The notes under the pieces are model-generated. The model searched no databases. It was not told where the DNA came from and worked only from the letters and a program-made list of their open reading frames with translations. The position numbers and the translations under genes were made by a program. This document shows positions 52,777 through 64,000 of a stretch of DNA of 64,000 bases, in pieces (within the stretch, counting starts at the first letter, position 1; each line of letters begins with the position of its first letter). Origin of the DNA: Kudoa neothunni (lineage: Eukaryota; Animalia; Cnidaria); the NCBI GenBank assembly GCA_964304625.1, contig OZ199838.1, positions 14,991,450 to 15,055,449 of the forward strand, given 5' to 3'.

Positions 52777-55700
52777 ATGTTTGTTGGGTTTGGAATGTTC
52801 AAGTTGATATATTTATCTATCTGCTACATTTTTTGTCTTCAGCGCGCATTTTCAATAGACAAAACCGGTTTTCTGTTGCAAGATTTTGAATTGACCGGAT
52901 TAAGCGTTGATAACAATGAGGTTACTGGAACCTCTCTTTTTGGCTATTCGGTGGCTACATTTGGTGACTAGTATGATAGTTTGTCAGCTAGAATTAATGT
53001 CCACACTAACTTTATTATTAATTAGTATATATATTTCGGCACCCTTAGCTAGAACTTCTCGTTCAGGAACCCAGTTTTCTACAGGAAGGATATACAAATG
53101 TTGGTTTTCGCACTTGACGTCACCAACAAATTGTAGTCCTTTGACCGAATTAGGTATGATTTATTATATAAATTTTTCCAACAACTTATACAATTGTCTT
53201 AGATGAATATAGTAATTCAAAACCTTTTGACCTTTTGATGGGTTACACTTTGTCAAAATATCTGGACGACCGAATTTATGTGATTACACCTTTTAAAATA
53301 CAAAATTAATAAATTTTTCATCGAAAATAGATTTGTGCTCCCAATGCTTTCCTAAAGCATGATGATGTATTAACTAACAATTGCATGTTTTTCAACCCTT
53401 TAAATGATGGTGTTGAGCTTAATACTGACCTGCACGGTATTTTCGAACTTTGATATTGTCTCACTTCAACTATTAGTTTCACAAAATGATATTGGTTTAT
53501 TTATGGATCATGATATTGATAGTGGTTGTTTGGTTGTTGGAAGGTGATCTGAGTTGATTTTGAATGTTCTAATTAGGTTTTAGCTCAAAAACCTACTCCA
53601 ATTTTAATTATAGACTGACTTGCGGGACACCACCTGATTATGTCCATAAGAATTATGCGAATAGACGAGACACAACTTCGTTTCCTTGTATTGAGTTCTA
53701 TTATCAGCATTATGAAATACGTTTTCTAGATCACACTGGTGTCGTTGTTTTTGGAGAAGATACTAATAGTAAATATGTTGGTTAATCTTTGGTTATTATC
53801 GAAAACATTTTTAGTTGTGACGGTGGTGTATGTGCTACCAAAAGATGGGAATGCAGTGACTATAGTACGATTTATGTCCAAACGTCTACAGCATAATAAT
53901 TTTTTTATTTAGTATTACGACAGATATACCAAATCTAATCTGCAAGAGATGACACATGACCAAAATGGAAACAAATTTGTCACGAATTATGAAGTAAGTG
54001 ATTACGAATATTTGAGTTGCACATTAAAGCATGTATGTGTGTAGATAAATGATGGTTTGGGTAGTCAAATTCTAAAGTACAAATTGTCTGGGTAGATTTT
54101 TAATTTTGTGGCTGGTATTATGTTATCTAACTAAAATTTCTTCCGTGTGTCTATAGCGATGTTGTATTGCTAATAATGACAGCACCTCTCCGATTTTTCG
54201 GTCATGGGTCGGTCGTCATATTTAACTATGAGAGTAAAACATTTTTGGATAAACTTTCTGGTAATGATTATGGCGAAATGTTCGGTTATTCAATATGTTT
54301 TGTCCAATATTCGGTTCAAAAAAGTTTTTGTTCTTTTTTGTAATGTAAAATTAATCGTTATTAACTAGGGTTGGCAATATTGGCTCCTCATGGCGGAGCT
54401 GATAAGATGGGTTACATCTCTATCCGATTGTTTAATGAACGGGGGGAATTTGAGAGTTATGTAAGACGCAAATTTTGTTGCTTCAGAAATTTAAATGTTT
54501 AAGGGAAAAGAACATGATTTAAATCAATACATCGCCAACCTGAATGACGAAGTCTTTGCCTATAGACTACATCCTGACGTATACGATGTAACGGAACAAC
54601 AAGGTAATTAATGTATGATAGTTTTGATTAAGAATGAGTCTGTGTAGGAGCTGCTCACGCCGGTGGATTTTTACTATCTGTCAATTCAAATCCCGGGAAA
54701 ATTTATAGGTTCACGTATTTTCGAGGCTGTAATAATTTTGTTTTAATTTTGAACGTTTAGTGAACAGAATGTCAGAGAGATTAATGCCACAGTTTTGCCT
54801 GAATATAGTTTGGGAAATGATGAGATAGTTGGATTGAATAAGAGTTCAGAATTCTACCAGTAATTTTCCGTGTTATTTTTGAATAAATTTTTTAAACCAC
54901 AGTATAGCTTTTCTATCGCAGCAAAAATTATATTCGACTCTGAACATAGTATTGAGATTGAAAAATTTTTAGCCAAGTCAAGTACACTTTCGCATTAAAA
55001 ATATTAGTGATTAATATTTATGTTTATTTAGACAATAAATGGGGTGTAGAGTTAGATCCTCTTAGTCTGCATAACTTTATTAAATTTGATAGCGAAGACT
55101 TTGGTCGATTGCTGATAAGGCCGACACGATACATTAAACACTCCGAACATGATAATAAATATGAATTTACTGCCATCATTGAAATGAATATAAGAAAAAC
55201 TATAGATTTAAGCTTAGTGGAAGGTTTTAATTTGAAACTTAAATGTGGTCCATTGCGATATTTGAGTAATGCAAATCATTTGGTCACTATTCAAAGATTT
55301 ACGCTCGAAGCTAATCTAATGGTTAAACTCGATATACTTAAAATCGCGGATGTTTCCTCTCATCAACCTCAAGGAGGACGAATGGTTATTAACCCAGGGG
55401 ATATATTTCAGTAATTTACTGCGATATCCTCCTATTATCGATATCTTTACAATTAGCCATGTCGACACACATCGACACACACACATATATGAGTCAGTGG
55501 TTGTTGATATAAGTAATAATATAAATGCAATATTGGGCTCAACATTGGTTGTAAAATATCCCGAGAAAAAGAAACTCTTGGCTTGTCTTACAACTCTTTA
55601 TGGGGTACGTTATCTTATGCTAGATAATTTCGTGAAGATTCTTCCTTGCTCAACTTAATGATTAGGAATTGAAGGCTGAAACGGAAATTATTACCGGTAA

Positions 55701-57055
55701 AAGAGTGTCTAAAATTGGTGTTAATAACATACCACTGGAAGGGGTAATTATTCATTTTCGGTTACATTAGAAACATATTTGGAATTTTCTGCTTAGATGG
55801 AGTTTTCGCTAAGATTCAGCCAAGAATATGATGACGAGGAGGGATTTCTAGCAGTCTCACATGAATGGACGCTTGAGGTCGAACTGTAATTCTTTATTTA
55901 TAACGGCGTTAACTATAAAAGAACATAGATTGGATGAAGGTGAAGATGCGTACTATACACAATCTCATAAATTTACTCCATTTGCGGGAATCGTTGAGTA
56001 CAAAATTAGTGGGTATTTTATTATATCGATATTCATTATTTTTTGTGCTACGGTGTATTTGTGACTTTAAAAATATTTTTTTCTCTATTTCTGTGTTTAA
56101 ATCTAATGAAGTGGCATTAGGTGAAAGTTTAAAAATTACAACAGATATACAATCTTATTCAATTTATCCAATTCATTACATAAATTAAAAAAATATTAAT
56201 ATCATTTTATAGACTTAAAGACAGAGTGTTTTATACACACCCCAACACCTGGACTGAGCAAATATTTTCAAACTCTTTACTGGTTCGTACCTATTTATTG
56301 GGTTGATGGTTAGTTACATTTATTAACCTTACCAGATTAATGTGAAAGGTTGGCATCATAATTTTCCACTCGTAATAAAAATCACCAAGATTGATGTCCA
56401 AAATTTTCAAAATATTAGGATCTTAAGTGTTGACGTATGTACACATCACATCGTTATATCTATGAAGTTGTTGGTGTAAATTATTTTAGTGTCAGCGAAC
56501 AGAGTATTTAAACGACCAAGGAGATAATATGGGTAGCTGTGGTAGTAACAACGATGAAACCTGCCTTAACAGTTGTCACTCTTTATTATGTACCACAACC
56601 CCTTCAACACTTGTGAAAAACGACTATGTTGCTATTCATTATAAAACTGCTTTGGAAGTGGTAGGCTACTTGATTGTTAACTTTGTAGCGATTATTTTCT
56701 CTTTCTAACAGGCAGAAAATATAACGATTACATTTGAGGCCGACTTGCATAATGCTGACAATATTCCAAAGGATGGAACTCCATTTCGAGTAGATTTGTA
56801 TGATTTATCTATTAATCTGGCATAATCGTAAAGGTGACTTCCACTATTTACCCATTATCCACCAAAATAAAAACATATGAGATTGTTATGTGTGTCACCT
56901 TTCCAGTAGGTTTCTATATGATTATTGTTTTGATCTTAAAACAGGTATTCAATGTTATATTATGCCTTTCTATTTCTACGTCAATTTAGACTGGCATATT
57001 AAACAGAATATTAAATAAAATTGGAGGATACATCACCAAGGAGTACGCACTATAA
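52777..57055 (+). CDS. Integrin alpha subunit, divergent, more than 20 short introns
   Basis: Signal peptide; FG-GAP-like repeats (SLFGYSVA..IYISAP..GRIYKC; EMFGYSIC..LAILAP); beta-rich leg region; C-terminal TM then LKQ|TGILNRILNKIGGYITKEYAL*. Confidence 0.8.
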
Positions 57056-57298
57056 CTACGTTACAAGTATTACCAGTTGGTCACAATTATTCTCAAGAAT
57101 TATAATGATTACTACTGCTATCTATATTCTTTTTCTGTCTTCAATACTTAGTTTTTCGATTTTTTATGAGCAATTTCTGTAATAATTTTTCTTGTTGAAT
57201 ACATTTTTATTGGATTGAGGGGTTTTATTGAAATTCTTAATGCCGTAAGTACTCAGAATATAATTTCCTTATTACTTTATCTCAACTTTTAAGATTAA

Positions 57299-58434
57299 CC
57301 TTCTAAATCACATGAAAATTTATACCCTCCAAGTATAATTGGGGTTCAATAGACCCCACGGTTTTATTCGATAAAATATTTGATCGATTATATATTCAAT
57401 AATTTCACAAATGACACCACGTAATATTGTGTGCGCGTGCGCAAATGTTAAAGAAATATTTTAACCACCGGGCAGGGTATGTGTATGTATCACTTTTGAG
57501 GTCACATATTTTCTATAAACATAACTCTAAATTCAGTCCACATAACAAAATTAATTATTTATTTAATTTGCGCTTTAAGTGGCCAAAAACATAATCCTAG
57601 CATAGACTATTGTATAAACAGGTAACATAGATACGCTTAAATGTTCATTAGAGTGGAATCGACGCGTGAGAAACTCACCTGAATACGCCTTGGTTCACGA
57701 ATATGGAAAAAATTTCCGAATTATTTTGTATCTCAATATTTTCCACATCATCAAAATGTAAAACTCGCATTATTTGGAGAACTTTATGTGTTGGGGGTAA
57801 ATCACGATATATCTTTCCTTCTTCCTCTAATCCAGTATCTCTTTAACCGGTTCTCAATTATCCCCGTGAATTCCCATCAGAAATAAACAGCTTACGAACT
57901 CATCCAATTCGATCCATTTATCACCAAAAATTTTTCCACCGATGAACTGAACTGGATATTTAAACATAATCTCATGCATAACAGAATTAGATATTATTCT
58001 GAAAATATCAACTGTGTTTGTAACAAAAACGAAGAACCACTAGGATGACTACTGACTACTCATAATATTTACAACACATGTTCTAGATGCCAATGGCGGG
58101 CCCGTTGAACGTAACATTCCGTACCTATTCATTAATGAGTTAAATTGTATATTTGTATCAATATTAAATTTTTCTTAGGATAAATAATCATGAAATGAAG
58201 TAAATGAATCTAAGACTCGGTATCAGTAATTATTATCAAGATCACTTGATCACGTCAACGAAATTAATTATGGTGCACGCGCAATATAGATTAACATATG
58301 ATATTCATGCAATAAAAGTATATTTACTCGATAGAATTTTCTAAAAGTTACCCCAAACATTTAAATCAATATTTTGGATAATCAGATGGAAAAGAAAATG
58401 TGGGATCCAAAAGACCCCAATTATATTTAAAGGG
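57299..58434. mobile_element. piggyBac non-autonomous element
   Basis: TTAA-CCTTCTAAAT ... ATTTAAAGGG-TTAA; subterminal GGGGTTCAATAGACCCC / GGGATCCAAAAGACCCC. Confidence 0.75.
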
Positions 58435-58884
58435 TTAATGCAATTCTTTTTAAATTATCAATAAAATATATATTCAGTTATTTTTATAACTTTAATCAGA
58501 ACATTTTTGCTAATTTTTAAAGGGAATTTCTTATTGTAAATTATTTAATATTTTTAATAGGCGGTGGCTATTGACACGCTAATGAATTTCTCCAAATTCT
58601 TAAATTATTTCAATCTTCACTGTTCATTAATTTTTTAATCATAATTTTTCCTAAATGGTCTTTAAATTTCCCGTTAAATACTCATCGTTGAATTTTCCAC
58701 ATGGAAATATTGACATTATCAAGGGATATTGGAACGTTAAAGCCTATATAAAGTTAGATAATGTTAACTATAGAAGTTATAATGCTTGAAGATGAAATTT
58801 ACTTCAAATTTTCAAGGTTAGTTTGTTAAATTAAATGCGGCCATAGAAACACGTTTTACTAAATTAACTACCACGCGACTAAAT

Positions 58885-60463
58885 GGTTAAAGTTCAGTTC
58901 CCCCCTTCGGCGCCCGCCGGTTACCCGCCATCGGTACTAATGGGGTTCCGGCTGTTTACATTTTCCTGAGCATGCTTACTGCAATCTTCACGTACGAAAA
59001 TTTAGACAACCTAAATTTTGAAGACTTATGTTACTTCAAGGATCATCCTGAAGATTTAATTATTTTTTTTCAGCAACTTGACTTGCTACCAACATCAATG
59101 GTTTGTTCCTGTGGAGGTCAAATGAAACTTTCTCTGTATCAAATTTTAAAGATTTTATATTTTTTGGAGCGTGGGAGTGACGGAACAATCTTTCTTAATG
59201 AAAGAATGCCGTATCAATTCTTCCGCCACTATTGTGGTTTGGAAAAATTTTATACGTGACATTTGTTTGAGTCACTTCATTCGTAACCCAAACAAAGTGG
59301 GTGGCCCTGGCGTAAAAGTCCAAATAGACGGAAGTCAAATTTGTAAGAGGAAGTTTGGGGTTGGTAGAATCCTACAAAACCAAAGTCTGTGGATAGTTGG
59401 TGGTGTGGATGAGGATGGAAGGTTTTTTATGGTGGAAACCGAAAAGAGAGACACTCCCACTCTTGAAAATATTATTACTACTCATGTTGAGAGGGGATCT
59501 GTTATACATACAGATGGATGGCCTGCCTATAGTTCACTCACTGAGCTAGTTTATAAATACGGTCATAAGACAGTAATTCATGATATTGAGTTTGTCTCGT
59601 CTACAGGAGTCCACACCAATCGAATTGAGGGACTGTGGAGCGCTTTTAAGCGGAAATATCGTTCGGTGACAAATAAAAAAAGGAAATGATCGCTTCCTAT
59701 ATTGCCGAATAGATATTTAAAAGACTCCACAGGAAACGTGTTCTTTCTAAACTTTTAGAAGCAATTAAACATATTTATATTTTATTGTAAAAATTTATAA
59801 TTGTCTTTTTCCAATCGTCAATGCATAAATATCTTTGGTAAATTACGGCATTCTTAAGTTTATTTTAATTAGTGTTAACCATTATTTTTTATAATGATTA
59901 TATATATATATATATATATATTTATCAAATAATGAAAGTTTTCGTATAAAATAACAAAATCTTCCGAAAATTAAGCTAAAAGACAGATTGTTTTACATTA
60001 ACTTGGGCTCATTAGGATACAATTAAAAAGAAATGGCATGATATGTGATTTTTATCCATATAAAAACTATTAAAAATTATATTAAGATTCAAATATAATG
60101 AGTCGACATATTGTTTTAGCTTATACATTTTTTAAAAAATAACAAATAAAATCCATAATTAATCCATAATATATATACCATTAAAAATATTCGTTTATAT
60201 ACAATTCTCAAACTTAATAATAAAAACATATATTAACTTATACCATATTATATTGTTATGCACATAAATTGACACCTTATTTTTTAATTTTTTAACATTT
60301 AAATAATACATATTATATTTTTTAATTGATATATTTTGTTTAATTGCGTGTAACTGAAGTAAAATAGATTTTATTGGGTTTATATGTTATGAAACGTGAC
60401 CCGATTAGTACCGATGGTGGGTAACCGGCGGACGCCGAAGGGGGGAGGAACTGAACTTTAACC
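58885..60463 (+). mobile_element. Merlin (IS1595/ISXO2-like) element with internally deleted transposase
   Basis: GC-rich TIRs GGTTAAAGTTCAGTTCC..; perfect 9-bp TSD CGACTAAAT; VQIDGSQICKRK, IHTDGWPAY, HTNRIEGLW; second half of the zinc ribbon is missing. Confidence 0.92.
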
Positions 60464-60658
60464 CGACTAAATAATAATGTAAAGTTAATACATGTGCAAG
60501 CCGCGCTAGCGGGTGACATATTGGAGATTTCATTCTCCGAAAGTGGCTCGGTAGCCAGTCCTAGATAATCCAACATGGTTATTATCATAATGAAAAGATA
60601 GAAAGTGTTTAGAAATTAAGACCTCATGGCTTAAAATCACTGATGTCTGACAAATTAA

Positions 60659-63600
60659 TCTATATGTATATATATATATACAGTATTTCAAGACCCTAAA
60701 TGCAACTGCGTCGGATCAAAATGCAACTTTTTAAATAAACAACTTATTTTTTTTAGATTTAATTTATATAAAATTAAGATATTTTTTAACAATATTCTAC
60801 ATGGTTAGTTATGATAGAGTGAATAATATTTCGAATTTTATGTGATTAACGAATTGCATCAAATAATTTTTTGTACTCATAGAGTTTATTCATATTTATT
60901 TAAATACATAAAGGAATTAAATTTTTATTCATTTTTGTCATCGATTTAATCAAGGTGTCATTCTCAATACTTACGCTTCTCAAAATATACTGTTTCAATG
61001 TAAGATTTTACTGCTTCTTTAATTACCACTTTTAAATTTGTAATCTTCTTGACATGCATAAACAAAAATGAAATATTAATTGGCACCAAATTAAACTTCA
61101 TGTTTTTAGCACAACGTAAAATTAATCTAATTGTTAATTTCTTCCGAATTAATACATGCTGCGAAATAGGGTTCCGCATGATTCGCATAATTCTGTAGTT
61201 GGTCACAAGAAACTCCATCTGAGCTAGTCATAATTGCGTTGATCAATTCCTCCTGATTAGATGGTCCCTTGTTTCTTACAATGGACTTAATTTGATGGAA
61301 GAACTCCTCAATAGGATTGAGGAACGGAGAGTATGGCGGAAGAAATAATAACGTATGGTTTGTGGAATCTCACATTGTCCATTATTACATAGGGCGTTAT
61401 CAACTCCATTGCAGCTTAAGTCGGAAAATAGTTTGTCTATGAAAATAGAAAAAATTTGTTGGTTGACAGTTCCATTTTCTACGTGGAATGTCCACATCCG
61501 TTCCGAGCTTATTGCCGCGATTAATGTAATATTTTTAGAGCGAATGCTTTTCACTTTCAGATTCGCTCTTGACCCTGAAAGTGCTCGTCCAAATGTTCTT
61601 CTCATTGACAATGAAAAGCCCGATTCATCTATATAGATGACCGTAGAATGACAAGGCTTCAGTTCCAGATATTGTATCACGTATTTATTCATTTTTAGCA
61701 ATTTTTTAAAATGATAATAAACCTTTTTCTCGTTTCAATACAATCCTGAGAATTTCTTCCTAGGGGTACAATGGAAATTTTTTTTAAGGTATAATGGAAA
61801 TCTCTCAAACAATTCGCAATTGTTTGACGAGAAACATTAATACCAAAAAATTCTAGAACTTTTTCAGTAATAGAATTTAATGTAATGGTGCAATCCTCCT
61901 CTACAAGTTCGCGGATGTATAATTTATGGGTTTCAGTCAATTTTGACCGTCTGTCACCCCTTTCCTTTTTGGTGAACTTAATTCAGTAGTCATCGATTTT
62001 GTCTTCAAAATGCGCCCAATGATTGATTTATGTACACCCATTTTCTCGGCAATGTATTTGTTAGAGTATCCATCCTAGAAATAATTTGAGATTATACGAA
62101 AGAGGTTATGAACTTCAGCTAGTGAAACTGCCATTTGTTTCATATCATCACTTAAGATAACATATTTCCTTTTCTGGACATTATTGCATGGGGTTGCATT
62201 TTGATCGGACGCAGTTGCATTTAGGTCTTGAAATACTGTATATATATATATATATATACATAATAAAGTTCTTATGTCTGTCCGTGTGTGTCAGTTTGCA
62301 GTAGTACGCATGTGCCACGGAGAAACTTTCTTTAAATATATCTGTAAGTTTGTATTTGAATAGATAACACCATTAATGAAAATAGATCATTCACTTAGAA
62401 GTATGAATATAATCAATAACATAGTCCGAAGTAAGGAATTTTCTGGTTGTCTTCACAAATAGCAGATTAAAAAACACCTGAATAATATCGATATTTGTTT
62501 ATTTCTGATTGATAGACAAATAAAATGAACTTTTACTCGTTATATAGAAAAAGAATCTCTTATTTATCGTATAGAATATTCTAAAAATTTTACATATGCC
62601 TGTTCGGAGTACTTTTGAGACAAATAAAACTATTATCGTCACATTACAAGAGTTGTCGCATTTCCCTTAAAATTTGAAGCATAAACAAGTTATTTGATAT
62701 GTAATTTCTCCTTTCGAACGTTATGGATATAGTTAAGCAAAATAGACTATGGTCATTTTAAATAAAACACATAATTTGAGATAATAAGTTGTTACCACGT
62801 TTGAAATAATTCGAGTCTTTATATGTATCCTAATTATTCCTTACCCCAGACCTTGAGGTTAATATTCAAATCAATATACTGTTTTCTTTATTCTCGCATT
62901 AATTTATTATGATATAAAAGCTGCATAAAAAATACAGTCCCTTCTCAATGCCTGCCATGTAAGTTAATAAGAAATTATCGGTCTGTTCGATCTAACCGAT
63001 ATTTTCACAAAGTTTTCGTTAATCTAAGAATAGTTCAGTACGAAGAGATTTTTTTAGGGCAGTCAAACAGTACGTTAATTTTTAAAAAGGTGCATCCTTC
63101 AAGAAAACCATTTGATGTTTAAGCATTACTGCAATTTTTCAAACCAAAAACACCTTTACATTTTTGATTTAATCGGATTTTGTTAATTAAATGTGTATAT
63201 TTTTGAACCAATAAGTATTCTTGATAAAAAGTAAGGTTGGATTTATTATAAATAGGGAAATTTTGTTACAGTAATGAATACGTAAGTTACTGCTCACAGC
63301 TTTTCAAAACATCAATGGCATCATTATAAAATTGCGATAAAAGGAGTAACAATTACTATTTATATTTCCTAGGCATCTTAAGTTTATTTTGTTTTTTTAT
63401 CGTTTGTGGACTAATAATAAATTTTATAATTAGAAGGATTAATTTTTATCACAAAATTCTGAAAAGAACTGAAAGTCCTATTTAAGTTGCTTAATGATTT
63501 TGTTTCATAAATAGCTGAACTTTAATCGCTAATTACATTTCTTTTTAAAATTTAGGTCATCATAGTTTTGGTCAATAATTTGTAAGATACAGTTAAAATT

Positions 63601-63883
63601 ACCCATTAATTTCTCTCCATACCTCTATTTATATTTATATTTGAATGGAAAGTGTGCGCATAATTTCGTTTATCTAAATCATCACATTGCAAAAATAATG
63701 ACAAGCTTTAAAATGCAACAATTAAAATAGAAAAATAAAATTAAAATTTTCTGTCACACTGTACCAGGCAAAACTAGGCATTAGCGCTATTTACTTAAAA
63801 ATCAAAAAGACTATAATCTGCGCCAGGTGTTAACCTACTTGGCTGGGCAAGGAAGCCTTCGCGAAGAGGGGCTTTTGCGCTAG
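60659..63883 (+). mobile_element. Non-autonomous Helitron-like element with an IS630/Tc1 copy in its 5' (TA)n tract
   Basis: A|TC(TA)n..ATAAAG..GTCTGTCCGTGTGTG 5' end; 3' GC-rich stretch GCGAAGAGGGGCTTTTGCG then CTAG|T; same 3' end as the 46701 element. Confidence 0.6.
60681..62238 (-). mobile_element. IS630/Tc1-mariner superfamily element, copy 2
   Basis: Near-identical to 30536..32093; inserted in a (TA)n microsatellite. Confidence 0.95.
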
Positions 63884-64000
63884 TTAGTAATACAAACATA
63901 CAACTCTGTAATGAAGCAGCGGCACGCGATAAAACCACAATTCGCTAACTAATAATACCTCTCCCGTGGCGACGGCCGATCATAATATTCAAGTTATTAT

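Noticed and set aside
13528-62238. Strand bias of transposons suggesting a uni-strand piRNA cluster
   Set aside because: Many elements are on the minus strand but several are on plus; too few to claim a bias.
1-64000. CRISPR arrays, rRNA/tRNA genes, prokaryotic operons, alternative genetic code
   Set aside because: None seen; IS-like transposases belong to eukaryotic Merlin and Tc1 lineages, and stops in host genes are explained by short introns.

Overview
AT-rich eukaryotic (animal) genomic DNA. Small, tightly packed host genes with very short (about 25-70 nt) GT-AG introns alternate with dense, nested transposon clusters; by my boundary calls roughly 60% of the window is mobile DNA. Host genes: WDR75/UTP17, mitochondrial Era GTPase (ERAL1), a divergent integrin alpha whose GFFKR motif reads GILNR, and two small spliced genes the ORF track misses or only partly captures (a securin-like and a COX6C-like candidate), plus a few hypothetical genes. 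Mobile elements, most delimited by TIRs/LTRs and target-site duplications: piggyBac (6), hAT (3), pogo/Tigger (4), IS630/Tc1-like (2 near-identical copies), Merlin/IS1595-like (4 plus a MITE), one SWIM-containing MULE, two Ty3/Gypsy elements with very short LTRs, two solo LTRs and two Helitron-like elements. Most notable: host-sized mini-introns in transposases of several superfamilies, a 1-kb IS-like Merlin, a long-TIR Merlin with identical TIRs around a decayed interior, and a hAT MITE resembling horizontally transferred vertebrate hATs. Many frameshifts look like single-base assembly errors. A reduced or parasitic metazoan source is plausible but is inference only. I found no single novel multi-gene system that I can support.
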